DNA of 32,000 nucleotides, from contig CAZZCG010000009.1 of assembly GCA_964653145.1 (NCBI GenBank), forward strand, positions 37,596 through 69,595, written 5' to 3'. The translations under genes were made by a program, and so were the position numbers. The DNA comes from an uncultured Synechococcus sp. (GTDB lineage: Bacteria; Cyanobacteriota; Cyanobacteriia; Thermosynechococcales; Thermosynechococcaceae). The notes under the pieces were generated by a model, which was not told where the DNA came from, ran no database searches, and saw nothing but the letters and a program-made list of their open reading frames with translations. Shown here piece by piece: positions 17,442-27,680 of this stretch; position 1 is the first letter of the stretch, and each line of letters starts with the position of its first letter.

Positions 17442-18962
17442 TTACTCAGCAATTAGGACAGTGGTATCAGCAAGGGTTGGACGCGGGGCCTGGGCCACAA
17501 TCGCCGGGGTTAATTCTGGGGCAGCTGCAACCATAGCTGAGGTGGTAGATTCCGTCCATTTCACGAGCCAGGCCGGTTGCACACCCAAGTAAAAAATCAC
17601 AGCAACAAGGATTAAGGCTGGAACTCGCTCATTCCACTGCACCATCGGAAAATAGGCGATGGCATTATCCAATTTGCCGAAACAAGTCCGGTTCAACAGA
17701 ATCACGAAATAGACGGCGGTTAACCCAGTCCCAACCACGCAGAGCAAGGTTTGTAGCGGGAACGTGGCATAACTGCCTTGGAAAACCAAAAACTCAGCCA
17801 CAAAGCCCACCAGGCCGGGGATCCCTGCACTGGCCATCCCGCCCAAAATCAACAGACTACTAACTAAGGGCAAGCCCCGAATCGGATTCAGTAAGCCATT
17901 GAGCACATCCAATTCCCGTGTTCCGACCTTGGCTTCAATCACACCCACCAAATGGAACAGCAGGGCCAAAATCAACCCGTGAGCAACCATTTGCGACACT
18001 GAACCCACCAAGCTCAAGTCCGTTAAAGCCGCTCCCCCAAGGAGGATATAGCCCATGTGCCCAATGGAGCTGTAGGCCACCATCCGTTTAATATCTTTCT
18101 GAGCAATGGCCACGGTTGCCCCGTAGAGAACACTAATTGACCCCCAAGTTGCCAAAAATGGTGCCAGAGATGCCCAGGCCTCGGGGAATAAGCCCAACCC
18201 AAAGCGGAAAATCCCATAGGCCCCCAATTTTGCCAGCACCCCACCGAGCAACATCGCAATTGGAGCCGAAGCTGCAACATAGGTATCCGGTAGCCAAGTG
18301 TGGAGGGGAACCAGCGGAATCTTGATCCCAAAACCGACCAAAATCAAGCCCAGCAAGACCAACTGTAACCAGCCCGGGAGAGTATTACCCATCACCGCTT
18401 CGTAGGCAAAACTATCCGCCCCCTGCACCCAAACCAGGCCCAGGAATGCCGCCAAAATCATCGCCCCGGACAATGCCGTATAGAGCAGAAATTTAATCGC
18501 CGCATAATTGCGTTTTTCACCGCCCCAGATGGAAATCAACAGATAGAACGGCACGAGCTCCACTTCATAGAACAGGAAAAACAGGAGCAGATTTTGAGCT
18601 AAGAACGCCCCTGCCACACCCCCAGACACCAGCAGAATCAAGCTATAAAACAGTCGCGGCCGTTCAGTTTGGTCTTTGCTGCAATAAATCGCAATCCAGG
18701 TCAGAAAAGCATTCAGCACCAACAGCGGCAAGGAGAGACCATCCACCCCAATCTGATAGTTCAAACCCAGGGCATCCAGCCAAGGTAAAAACTCTGGCAT
18801 TTGCAGGAGCGGATTGCTGAGGTCAAAGTGGCCGACCACCCAAACACTCCAGGCCAAGACAAGAAAGCTAATCCCCAAGGCTGAGAGTTTTAGAAACCGC
18901 GCCGGTACAACGGTAATCAGCAACGCCCCCACCACTGGCAACCAAATCAACGGACTCAACAT
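17442..18962 (-). CDS. ndhD3: NDH-1 subunit NdhD (D3-type, CO2-uptake complex)
   Basis: 506-aa polytopic ORF of the NuoM/NdhD family. The D3 assignment comes from its position between ndhF3 and cupA. Confidence 0.88.
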   Translation of the reverse strand: MLSPLIWLPVVGALLITVVPARFLKLSALGISFLVLAWSVWVVGHFDLSNPLLQMPEFLPWLDALGLNYQIGVDGLSLPLLVLNAFLTWIAIYCSKDQTERPRLFYSLILLVSGGVAGAFLAQNLLLFFLFYEVELVPFYLLISIWGGEKRNYAAIKFLLYTALSGAMILAAFLGLVWVQGADSFAYEAVMGNTLPGWLQLVLLGLILVGFGIKIPLVPLHTWLPDTYVAASAPIAMLLGGVLAKLGAYGIFRFGLGLFPEAWASLAPFLATWGSISVLYGATVAIAQKDIKRMVAYSSIGHMGYILLGGAALTDLSLVGSVSQMVAHGLILALLFHLVGVIEAKVGTRELDVLNGLLNPIRGLPLVSSLLILGGMASAGIPGLVGFVAEFLVFQGSYATFPLQTLLCVVGTGLTAVYFVILLNRTCFGKLDNAIAYFPMVQWNERVPALILVAVIFYLGVQPAWLVKWTESTTSAMVAAAPELTPAIVAQAPRPTLADTTVLIAE

Positions 18963-19011
18963 TTTCCTTTCACCCCAAATTTAGAACAAGCACAGCAATT
19001 CAGTTCAGTGT

Positions 19012-20853
19012 TCAGAGCAACAACAATCGCCAGGTAATCCCCACGGCAAAGATCGAGAGGCCGATCACAATCGTCAAAATATAGGCTTGTCCCCGACCCG
19101 TATTGCTATATTTCAAGGTTTCGCCCCCCAGCAAGGACACAATCCCCACCAGATTAACCACGCCATCGATAATGAAGCGATCAAACCAATCGACAATCCG
19201 GGAAGTCCAATCCACAACAAAGACAATGCTGGAGCGATAAATCTGCGGCGTGTAGAGGTCATAGGCAAACAGGGCCTGGACTTTTTTCCAAGGGAGTTCA
19301 ATGGGCTTGGGAATGCTTTGCCCCACATAGACCACGGCTCCCAGGCCAGCCCCCAACAAACTCGACCAAATCAGCAACAAAGCCAAGTTTTTGTCCAAAA
19401 TTGCCCAACTGGGGAGTAAATCCAAGCTCTGGAGAATTAGGGGTAAATGCAACACCATCCCCAACAGAAACATGATCGGTAAGGTAATCAACCAAATATT
19501 TTCCGGTGAGCGTTCGGTCATTGGCTTGGGCTTGCCGGCAAAAATTAGACCAAATTCTCGGATCATGGCAAAGGCAGCAAGGGCATTGACCAACAATAAA
19601 ATCCCCACCAGAATCGGGTTCGATGCCCACAGCCCATCCGCCAGTTGGAGTAGGGCCCAGAAGCCACCAAAGGGAGGAAGTGCAATTAAACCCGCCACGC
19701 CGACTAAGAAGCTAATCCCCACCAGCGGCCGCCGACTCCATAGCCCCCCCAGTTGCGTTAAGTCTTGGGTAATGTTGTTTAGGACAATCGAACCGGAACT
19801 CATCACCAACAGGGCCTGGGCTAAGGCATGGGTCAAGATTAAGAGCAGGGCCGCTTGGGTTTGGCCAGTTCCCACCGCAATGAAGATCAGGCCCATGTAA
19901 GCACTGACGGTGTAGGACAAGGCCCGCTTGACATCGATTTGGGCAATGGAAATTAAGGTTCCGCCAATGGCAGTTAAGGCCCCAATGGCAATGGTTACAG
20001 TCAAAACAACCGGAGACAGGGCTAAAACCGGCTGTAACTTCACCAATACCCAGGCCCCGGTGGCGACAACAACCGAATTCCGCAAAATCGTACTGGGTAA
20101 CGGGCCCTCCATCGCCTCATCTAGCCAGAGGTGCAACGGAAACTGAGCGCATTTGCCCATCGGCCCCGCCAGAAGCCCCAGGCCCACCAGGGTTGCTAAA
20201 GTTGGATCCACATTCGCCGTTTCGGCCCAAGCTGCTAAGCCATTAAAGTCCCAAGTTCCCGCCAGCGGATAAATTGCTAACACTCCCATCAGCAAAAAGA
20301 GGTCACCCACCCGTTTGGTCAAGAAGGCATCCCGAGCGCCGGTCACCACCAAGGGCTGGTTATACCAAATCCCCACTAGAAGGTAGGTTCCCAGGGTGAG
20401 AATTTCTAAAATCATGTAACCAAAGAACAGGGAGTTACAGAGGACAAGGGCACACATCCCCGCTGCAAATAGTCCCAACATGCAATAGAAGCGGGACCAG
20501 CCCCAGTCCATTTCCAGGTAGCCCACTGCATAAACTTGAGCCAGAAAATTCAAGCCTGTAATGACCACACAGGCCCCAATGGTCACCGCCGAAATTTCCA
20601 AAGGTAACGTTAAGTTCAATCCGGCCACGTCTAACCAGGTGTAGTTCAGGTATCGGGTGGGTTGATCCCAGGCCTGGAACAGAGCAACTAGACCATGAAC
20701 CAAGCCAAATAGGGTAAACAAAAGATTGACATAGCCCGCTGGCCGTGGCCCGGAAAGCCGAATAAAGCCAGGAGCCCAAAAAATAGATAACGCCGATCCC
20801 ACCAACGCGTAGACGGGGATCAACCACACCGATTCAAGCCACAGATCAGCCAT
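19012..20853 (-). CDS. ndhF3: NDH-1 subunit NdhF (F3-type, CO2-uptake complex)
   Basis: Polytopic NuoL/NdhF-family ORF. The track starts at TTG 20880; I prefer ATG 20853 (MADLWLESVW...). It is the first gene of the ndhF3-ndhD3-cupA-cupS order. Confidence 0.88.
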   Translation of the reverse strand: MADLWLESVWLIPVYALVGSALSIFWAPGFIRLSGPRPAGYVNLLFTLFGLVHGLVALFQAWDQPTRYLNYTWLDVAGLNLTLPLEISAVTIGACVVITGLNFLAQVYAVGYLEMDWGWSRFYCMLGLFAAGMCALVLCNSLFFGYMILEILTLGTYLLVGIWYNQPLVVTGARDAFLTKRVGDLFLLMGVLAIYPLAGTWDFNGLAAWAETANVDPTLATLVGLGLLAGPMGKCAQFPLHLWLDEAMEGPLPSTILRNSVVVATGAWVLVKLQPVLALSPVVLTVTIAIGALTAIGGTLISIAQIDVKRALSYTVSAYMGLIFIAVGTGQTQAALLLILTHALAQALLVMSSGSIVLNNITQDLTQLGGLWSRRPLVGISFLVGVAGLIALPPFGGFWALLQLADGLWASNPILVGILLLVNALAAFAMIREFGLIFAGKPKPMTERSPENIWLITLPIMFLLGMVLHLPLILQSLDLLPSWAILDKNLALLLIWSSLLGAGLGAVVYVGQSIPKPIELPWKKVQALFAYDLYTPQIYRSSIVFVVDWTSRIVDWFDRFIIDGVVNLVGIVSLLGGETLKYSNTGRGQAYILTIVIGLSIFAVGITWRLLLL

Positions 20854-21662
20854 AGCAATTACCTGAGAGCGGGGCAACAAAAAGGGAAACGCTGGCCTGG
20901 TTCATAGAAAGATATAAAAATTACTAGAACAGGCAAAGACATATCTCAATAGATTTAAGTATAAATGGCCATAGTAAAAATTCAATCTTGGTAATGATCC
21001 CAATTGCTTTATATCTATTTAAGAATTTGATAAATCTTGCTTATCGCTCTAGAACCTTGGACTTAGAATCTAAAATTAGTCCCGAAGGAAAATAAACCCA
21101 GCTTAAAGTCTCCAATCCCTGGTTCTTTTAAGCGGTCATCAGTCAATCCTGGCGATAAATGTCCTGGTGGGCTTGGGCTTGAACAGTCAAGATCTTCAAC
21201 CCATGCTGGATCCTCTGCACCAATGTTGAGGATTATGCAGTAGTAGCAGCTATCACAAACTCTCAACACAGGCCTGGGGCATGGCAGCTAATACCCGTCG
21301 AGGGATCACCTGAACCATGCGAAGAAACTGACTCAGGACTTGATGGATGGCCGTCAAATTGCTGACATCCTCAATGAACTGGAAATGGCACTCCTAAATC
21401 ATGGGCATTACCGCCACGCCGACGCCCTGGGACAACTTAAACCCTTGCATGGCCTGGTTCATCCACAAATTCTCAAGTTGTTTCCAAGTCACAGCAGAGT
21501 GGGAGATCGCAAAATTTCCCTGTCACCAACGAAATCGCTTAAACTGGAGCCCACCCCGAGCCTTCTCTCTACAGTCCCACCCTTCTCAGCGGATTTTCCG
21601 ATCTCTGGCAAATACCCTTCATAATTTAAATAGTTGTTAGATGTTGGATTGATTGAGCTTCG

Positions 21663-23624
21663 GTGACTTCTCCCCAGTTTGTTGAAACCCCAGAGCCCTC
21701 TTCTGATTCCCAAGGTTCTTGGCAGAGTCGGATTACCCGCTGGTGGTCAGAATTTAAAATTCAAACTCGCCTCCTTGTCGCCGTCACCCTAATTGTGTCA
21801 ATTGTCACCAGTGGTCTCACTTTCTGGGCCGTCAATAGTATTCAACAAGATGCCCGTTTGAACGACACCCGCTATGGTCGCGACCTGGGAATTTTGTTAG
21901 CTGCTGACGTTGCCCCCCTAGTGGCCCAGGAAAACTACTCCCTTGTGGCTGAGTTCTCCCAGGAGCTCTACAACCGTAGCTCTAGCATTCGATACATGCT
22001 CTATGCGGATCGGGATGGCGATATTTACTATGGCATTCCCTACACTGCCCCACCCGTCAACAGTGCCCTGGCCCTGCGCCGCCGGATGCAATTACCCCCA
22101 AGTTATGCCAAAAGCAAAGAACCCTTAGTCCGTCAACACGCAACCCCCGATGGCACCGTCGCCGATGTGTTTGTCCCCTTGGTCTATCAGGATAAATATC
22201 TCGGAGTCCTCGCCCTGGGAATTAACCCCAATCCAACGGTTGTTGCCTCAGCTGCCCTGACTCGTAATGTGACAGTGGCCGTTTTTGTGGCCATTTGGGT
22301 CATGGTAATTCTCGGGGGAGTTTTCAACGCCTTGACAATCACCCAACCGATCAAAGAATTGGTACAGGGGGTGAAAAAAATCGCGGCAGGGGACTTCAAA
22401 CAACGGATCAATTTGCCGTTTGGGGGAGAGTTGGGGGATTTAATCTCTAGCTTCAATGAGATGGCGGAAAAGCTAGAGGTCTATGAAGAGCATAACATCG
22501 AAGAACTAACTGCCCAAAAAGCCAAACTAGAGACCCTGGTTTCGACCATTGCAGATGGCGCAATTCTCCTCGACCCCCAAATGCGCGTGATTTTGGTGAA
22601 TCCGGCTGCCCAGCGTCTTTTTAATTGGGAAGGGATGACGGTTTTAGGTGAAAATGCCCTTCATTTTTTACCATCGGCAGTTACTGAACGTTTAACTTGC
22701 TCCCTGTACCAGGCCGTGCGGGGGGAATGTGAAGGGGGAGAGTTTCGCGTCACCCTCAATGAGCCGAACCACCGAACCTTACGAATTTTGCTGGCGACTG
22801 TTTTGGATACGCGGGATGTGGCCAAGGGCATTGCCATCACCGTGCAGGATATTACCCGGGAAACAGAACTGAATGAAGCAAAAAGCCAATTTATCAGCAA
22901 CGTCTCCCATGAGCTCCGAACTCCCCTGTTTAACATCAAGTCCATCATTGAAACCATTTATGAATATATGGACGAGTTACCCCGGGAACGGCAACTGGAA
23001 TTTTTAATGACCGCCAACCAAGAAACCGATCGGCTGACTCGCCTGGTCAATGATGTCTTGGATTTAGCGCGGTTGGAATCCGGTCGCTCCTATCAATTTG
23101 CGGCGGTGGATTTGATTCCGGCCATTGAGCAAACCCTCCGTACCTATCAATTGAACGCGCAAAATAAAGGCATTACCCTCGTCAAGGATGCCAATTCAGA
23201 TATCCCCCTGATCCGCGGTAACTATGACTTGTTGTTGCAGGTATTCACAAATTTGGTGGGCAATGCGCTGAAATTTACGGCGGTGGGGGGGCATGTGACA
23301 ATTCGGGCCTATCATATTCATCCGAACGCTGATCTGGCAGGCCAAGCCGTACGGGTGGAAGTTTCAGATACAGGGATGGGAATTGCACCTGAGGATCAGC
23401 CCAAAATTTTCCAGCGTTTCGTTCGCGTAGAAAATCGTGTGCATACTCTCGAGGGAACTGGCCTAGGGCTTTGCATCGTTAATGATATTATCCAAAAGCA
23501 CGACTCCCAAATCCATGTCATCAGTGAAGTGGGCGTCGGTAGCACCTTTTGGTTTGACCTACCCGTCTATATCCCTGAATCCCTAGAAGTAATGCTTTCG
23601 GAAGCTGCAACTGCTAATGCTTAA
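21663..23624 (+). CDS. nblS: membrane sensor histidine kinase NblS/Hik33 (DspA) type
   Basis: 653-aa ORF. The N-terminus WWSEFKIQTRLLVAVTLIVSIVTSGLTFWAVNSIQQDARLNDTRYGRDLG is characteristic of Hik33/NblS. It is followed by HAMP and PAS-like regions, the H-box SHELRTPL, and N/G boxes (GNALKF, GTGLGL). GTG start. Confidence 0.88.
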   Translation: MTSPQFVETPEPSSDSQGSWQSRITRWWSEFKIQTRLLVAVTLIVSIVTSGLTFWAVNSIQQDARLNDTRYGRDLGILLAADVAPLVAQENYSLVAEFSQELYNRSSSIRYMLYADRDGDIYYGIPYTAPPVNSALALRRRMQLPPSYAKSKEPLVRQHATPDGTVADVFVPLVYQDKYLGVLALGINPNPTVVASAALTRNVTVAVFVAIWVMVILGGVFNALTITQPIKELVQGVKKIAAGDFKQRINLPFGGELGDLISSFNEMAEKLEVYEEHNIEELTAQKAKLETLVSTIADGAILLDPQMRVILVNPAAQRLFNWEGMTVLGENALHFLPSAVTERLTCSLYQAVRGECEGGEFRVTLNEPNHRTLRILLATVLDTRDVAKGIAITVQDITRETELNEAKSQFISNVSHELRTPLFNIKSIIETIYEYMDELPRERQLEFLMTANQETDRLTRLVNDVLDLARLESGRSYQFAAVDLIPAIEQTLRTYQLNAQNKGITLVKDANSDIPLIRGNYDLLLQVFTNLVGNALKFTAVGGHVTIRAYHIHPNADLAGQAVRVEVSDTGMGIAPEDQPKIFQRFVRVENRVHTLEGTGLGLCIVNDIIQKHDSQIHVISEVGVGSTFWFDLPVYIPESLEVMLSEAATANA

Positions 23625-25299
23625 CCAACCCTCGATCCCGAATCAGCTCGTTTCTCTTTTTACACGTAAAATTTATCTGGCTCGAAAGGTTTCTAACGTT
23701 CTCAAATCTTGGGTTTGGGCAGGGAGTTTGGGAATGTTGCTGGGCCTGGGGGGTGGGGCCTGGGCCGCTGAAACCGTCACAGTTTCCATTGATGGCCTCA
23801 GCATTTCCCTGACGACTCAGGAGCTATCTTCCTTTGCCGAAACCGGTAATCTTCCTCCCAATGTGGCAGCTTTAGCAAGTTTTCTACAACCCGATGACCT
23901 GGCCGCCTTACGCAGTGGAATCAATAGCAGTTTTTCAATTCCACAGACAGGGATTGCCCAACTCCTAGAGACTCCATCGGGACAGCGGGTTCTCAGTGTT
24001 TTTGGGAAATTCATCCAAACCGATGCAGGACAACCAGGTGGAGATGCCCTAAAAACTGCCATGGTTCAAGCCGCCGGCCAACCCCAGGGATTAACGCTAC
24101 TGGGGGTGATTGAGCAATTTCCCGGCACCACGATGAACATTCAGGGGAGTGAAGCCATCCCGTTAATCAATGCAGTCTTTTCGGAAATTCGCCAAACCCA
24201 AGCAGTCATCGCCACCATTAACAAAACAAGTCAAGCTACCCAGGCCAAGGCAGCCCCACTTCCAAATAATTTGGTTGATCTAACCGCCCCAGGCCGGGTT
24301 GATTGGCAAGTTAAATCCTTGACCCTCACCAATAGCCAAGCTCAGTTTCAATTTCCCGTCAATCTCTATCTCCCTAACCTGAATGGGCCGATTCCCTTAG
24401 TCATTATTTCTCCTGGCCTGGGGGAAGACCTGAATACCTATGCCTATTTGGCTGAGCACCTGGCTTCCTATGGGTTTGGAGTAGCTGTCGTCGATCACCC
24501 TGGCAGTGATGCACAACGGCAAGCAGAATTTCTAGCTGGCAAAATTCCCCAAGAAGTGATCCCGGAAGAATTTACCAATCGTCCCCGCTCGATTTCCGAC
24601 ACCTTAGATTATTTGGCAAAAATGCCGGGCGTAAACCTCCTCACAAACAATGTCGGTATTATTGGTCATTCCTTTGGCGGCTATGATACTTGGGCAGTAG
24701 CTGGGGCAAATCCACAATTGGACAACCTAACAAAGATTTGTCAAACTCCTCAGACCATCATCAAGCCCTCTGTCCTGTTGCAATGTAATTTAACTAAGGC
24801 AACAGTCCCCTTAGCCAACCTCCGTGATTCCCGGATTCAAGCAGGCATGGCAGTTAATCCAGTGGGGGGAGCAATTTACGGCAGCGCTGGGTTCAGCACC
24901 ATAGAGATTCCCCTCCTTGTCCTTGCCGGTAGTCAAGATTTTGTTGCCCCACCCTTCCTTGAGCAATTTACCCCCTTTGCTTGGCTTGGGTCATCCCAAA
25001 AATACCTCCTTCTCCTCAACGGTGGTACCCATTTATCCACCATGGGGGATCTGCCACCGGAAAACAGCCCCAATGCTCTACCTCCCTTTGTTGTTGGGGA
25101 AGATCCTGGCATTGCCCGAAACCAACTCCAAGCTGTAAGTGTGGCCTTCATGCAGACCTATCTGAATCGGCAATCAAACTATCAGGTTTATTTGACCCCT
25201 ACCTATCTAGCCCAACTCAGCCAGCCACAAATGAAGGGGAGTTTGGTCAACACCTTAACGCCTGCACAACTCCAAGAATCGACTCCTTCTCAGCCTTAG
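23617..25299 (+). CDS. secreted alpha/beta hydrolase with N-terminal DUF1400-like domain
   Basis: 560-aa ORF whose ATG overlaps the nblS stop by 8 nt. It has a signal-like segment (GMLLGLGGGAWAAE), a DUF1400-like region (TVSIDGLSISLTTQELSSFAETG) and the nucleophile elbow GHSFGG. The exact start is uncertain. Confidence 0.8.
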   Translation: MLNQPSIPNQLVSLFTRKIYLARKVSNVLKSWVWAGSLGMLLGLGGGAWAAETVTVSIDGLSISLTTQELSSFAETGNLPPNVAALASFLQPDDLAALRSGINSSFSIPQTGIAQLLETPSGQRVLSVFGKFIQTDAGQPGGDALKTAMVQAAGQPQGLTLLGVIEQFPGTTMNIQGSEAIPLINAVFSEIRQTQAVIATINKTSQATQAKAAPLPNNLVDLTAPGRVDWQVKSLTLTNSQAQFQFPVNLYLPNLNGPIPLVIISPGLGEDLNTYAYLAEHLASYGFGVAVVDHPGSDAQRQAEFLAGKIPQEVIPEEFTNRPRSISDTLDYLAKMPGVNLLTNNVGIIGHSFGGYDTWAVAGANPQLDNLTKICQTPQTIIKPSVLLQCNLTKATVPLANLRDSRIQAGMAVNPVGGAIYGSAGFSTIEIPLLVLAGSQDFVAPPFLEQFTPFAWLGSSQKYLLLLNGGTHLSTMGDLPPENSPNALPPFVVGEDPGIARNQLQAVSVAFMQTYLNRQSNYQVYLTPTYLAQLSQPQMKGSLVNTLTPAQLQESTPSQP

Positions 25300-25392
25300 T
25301 CTTTAGTATTCTTTATATTCAGAGCGATTTAAAAGACAATGGAATCAGCCTAGGGTGGCTGTGGTGTTGTCCCCAATGGATAGGAAAATCCC

Positions 25393-25995
25393 ATGAGTAC
25401 GGTTTATACCCGCCCCCTGGCGCGCCTGATTGAACAGCTCCAACGCTTACCGGGCATTGGCCCTAAGTCGGCGCAACGATTAGCCCTCCACCTGCTCAAA
25501 CGCCCCGAAGCCGAAGTCCAGGCCCTGGCTCAAGCTCTGATCGAAGCGAAACAGCAGGTTGGTCTGTGTGGAATATGTTTTCATTTGTCAGCGGATACCG
25601 TTTGCGAAATTTGCTGCACCCCAAGCCGTGAGGGGCAGTTACTGTGTGTTGTCGCGGATTCCAGGGATGTGATTGCCATCGAAAAAACTCGGGAATATCG
25701 GGGTAAATACCATGTTTTGGGAGGATTGATTTCACCTATGGATGGGATTGGCCCGGAACAACTGCACATTACGCCACTTGTCCGGCGCGCCAGCCAAAAT
25801 CAGGTTACAGAAGTCATCCTCGCCATCAATCCAAGTATCGAAGGGGAAACCACAACCCTTTACATTGGCCAACTCCTGAAACCCTTTGTTAAAGTCACCC
25901 GAATTGCCTTTGGATTGCCTGTGGGGGGTGATCTAGAGTACGCCGATGAAATGACCCTCGCGCGGGCCCTAGCCGGACGCCGGGAGCTGGATTAA
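25393..25995 (+). CDS. recR: recombination protein RecR
   Basis: 200-aa ORF with the HhH N-terminus ([13 protein letters not shown]), a Cys4 zinc finger ([16 protein letters not shown]) and a Toprim region. Confidence 0.95.
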   Translation: MSTVYTRPLARLIEQLQRLPGIGPKSAQRLALHLLKRPEAEVQALAQALIEAKQQVGLCGICFHLSADTVCEICCTPSREGQLLCVVADSRDVIAIEKTREYRGKYHVLGGLISPMDGIGPEQLHITPLVRRASQNQVTEVILAINPSIEGETTTLYIGQLLKPFVKVTRIAFGLPVGGDLEYADEMTLARALAGRRELD

Positions 25996-26197
25996 CGGGC
26001 ATTGGTTTTTTAAGAAGTTTTTAAACTCTGTGCCTGTGCCACTACTGTCACACCTATAAATGTGGCACTCATTCCCGTAAGTCATGCTAGTGGGTGAGGT
26101 TCAATTCCCGACCTAAGCGGTACTTTTAAGTAAAGAGTGTAGAGTCCTGAATTTAAGAACAGCCAAGCGTTACAGGATTTAGGTGCGAGGTAAAGAA

Positions 26198-26665
26198 ATG
26201 TTAAGTAAAATCGCCTTGATGATCGGGACTGTGACAGTTTCTGGGTTGGTGAGTGGTGTTGTATCGCCTATGCCGGTTTATGCCAATTCAGCCCCCAATA
26301 CCCTTGTTGCTGTTTCTCCACAGGCTTCCAGTTTGGGAAATGGCACCTATCTTTACGGTCAATCAGCTCGCCCCAACCAAGTTCGTCAAACCTATATGGT
26401 TTTTGAAGTTAAAAACAATCGGGTTGTCGGTGCGGTGTTTATGCCCAATTCCTCCTATGACTGCTTCCACGGCTCTTTGGACGGCGATACCTTGAATGCC
26501 ATGGTTCTAGAACCCTATGAAGGCTCCAGCTACCCCGCTACGGTTGAGCTCAATGCCCTCTATGCTCTTCCCAATGTGGAAAGCAATGCCAAAGCCCTAC
26601 TCACCAGTTGTCGAGCCGAAACTGCCAACCAATTCCAGGCCACGGTTGCGCCCAGAGTTCACTAA
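26198..26665 (+). CDS. secreted hypothetical protein
   Basis: I prefer ATG 26198 (MLSKIALMIGTVTVSGLVSGVVSPMPVYA...), which gives a signal-peptide-like N-terminus. No recognisable domain. Confidence 0.55.
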   Translation: MLSKIALMIGTVTVSGLVSGVVSPMPVYANSAPNTLVAVSPQASSLGNGTYLYGQSARPNQVRQTYMVFEVKNNRVVGAVFMPNSSYDCFHGSLDGDTLNAMVLEPYEGSSYPATVELNALYALPNVESNAKALLTSCRAETANQFQATVAPRVH

Positions 26666-26799
26666 GGTTTGACCAATCTGCTCCGTTCAGCAAGTAACCA
26701 TAAAGCTCCTAACACTTAAAAGCCAACCTCTGAAGCATCCCTTATTGGAATACCGCAGTCAGTTGGCCAAGGCTTGAGAGATTTTTAGGAGGCTTTAAT

Positions 26800-27102
26800 C
26801 TACCAACTAGATTTCACCAGGCCTGGTAATAATCCTTGGTGAGCCATATCCCGCAGCGCATTCCGGCAAAGACCAAAATCACGGAAATATCCCCGGGGAC
26901 GCCCCGTCAGCCAACACCGATTCCGTAACCGAGTTGGGGCACCGTTACGGGGTAAACGCTGTAATTGCCGATGCAGGGTCAGTTGCTCGTCAGGATTTTC
27001 GGCATAAGCAATTTGTTCCTTTAGCTCAGCCCGTTTTTCTGCGTATTTATCAACCAAGCGTTGGCGTTTCTTTTCCCGCTCGATCATGCTTTTTTTGGCC
27101 AT
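26800..27102 (-). CDS. rpsN: 30S ribosomal protein S14
   Basis: [28 protein letters not shown]...[41 protein letters not shown]. Starting at ATG 27102 gives the standard 100 aa; the track ORF is extended upstream. Confidence 0.93.
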   Translation of the reverse strand: MAKKSMIEREKKRQRLVDKYAEKRAELKEQIAYAENPDEQLTLHRQLQRLPRNGAPTRLRNRCWLTGRPRGYFRDFGLCRNALRDMAHQGLLPGLVKSSW

Positions 27103-27366
27103 GGGGGTATTATTGTCATCTAAAAATGCAGCCTTACCATTATAGCTAGGCACCAGCGCTTCGCCAAATGATTCCTAGGATTTTGATGGGTTTTCCAGTT
27201 CCGCCCATTGTTTTTGTATGGCCGCTCAGAGATTAACGTAATTTCAGTGGTTAGGGGGCTTTAAGAATTTGGACTCCAGAAAAGAGTTTGCTATCATTGG
27301 AGCCGATGTTTCAGTCACCTGTGAACTGACGTTGTCGTTGCCATTTTTAAGGTTGGGGATTTTCTC

Positions 27367-27675
27367 ATGGAATTTGAAGCACTGCTGTTGGGGATTGAAC
27401 CTCTAACTGTTTTGGCGGTGGGGATTGGGGCTGCAGCCGTGGCTCCCGTGGTTGGAGCAGTGGATTCGATGACGGGGCATTCCTTAACTGAATCGGCCCG
27501 GACGGCTGCAAAACAGGGGCTTGTTTGGGCCTTTGAAACCTACGAAAAAGCCCAGGCAACGATGGCTGAAGCCAGTGAATCCTTCCAAGACCTGGTGGCC
27601 GAAGCTCGTTCGGAAATCATCACCACGAAAGCTGAAGCTGATAGCAGTGAACCTCGGGAAGTCACCATCAACTAA
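27367..27675 (+). CDS. small DUF5132-like protein
   Basis: 102-aa ORF. The N-terminal hydrophobic stretch followed by an Ala/Glu-rich helix (LAVGIGAAAVAPVVGAV...AKQGLVWAFETYEKAQATMAEASESFQDLVAEARSE) resembles the DUF5132 family as I remember it. Confidence 0.6.
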   Translation: MEFEALLLGIEPLTVLAVGIGAAAVAPVVGAVDSMTGHSLTESARTAAKQGLVWAFETYEKAQATMAEASESFQDLVAEARSEIITTKAEADSSEPREVTIN

Positions 27676-27680
27676 GTCCC

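Noticed and set aside
16397-20827. Numerous 60-170-aa ORFs inside or antisense to cupA, ndhD3 and ndhF3
   Set aside because: They are shadow frames of long, well-supported genes. Their sequences are Pro/Arg/Gly-rich junk.
20881-21062. Search for an NdhR/CcmR-type LysR box upstream of ndhF3
   Set aside because: Only 4-bp inverted repeats (ATCT-N4-AGAT at 20943-20954) were found, which are expected by chance in AT-rich DNA. I cannot support a specific site.
21063-21713. Track ORFs 21063-21269(-), 21340-21624(+), 21401-21640(+) and 21489-21713(-)
   Set aside because: They are mutually overlapping, with no recognisable domains or RBS, so I could not support any as a gene. The 94-aa plus-strand frame is kept only as a question in the findings.
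24917-25433. ORFs 24917-25138(+), 24933-25151(-) and 24981-25433(+)
   Set aside because: These are alternative-frame or antisense ORFs overlapping the 3' part of the alpha/beta hydrolase gene and the recR upstream region. They have no motifs, and the last would run through the well-supported recR start.
26036-26120. Hairpin GTGCCAC-N19-GTGGCAC (26036-26068) and a tRNA T-loop-like GGTTCAATTCC (26098-26108) downstream of recR
   Set aside because: The T-loop-like motif has no complementary T-stem, acceptor stem or anticodon arm. The hairpin lacks a following U-run, so it is neither a tRNA nor a canonical terminator. It could still be checked with tRNAscan/Infernal.
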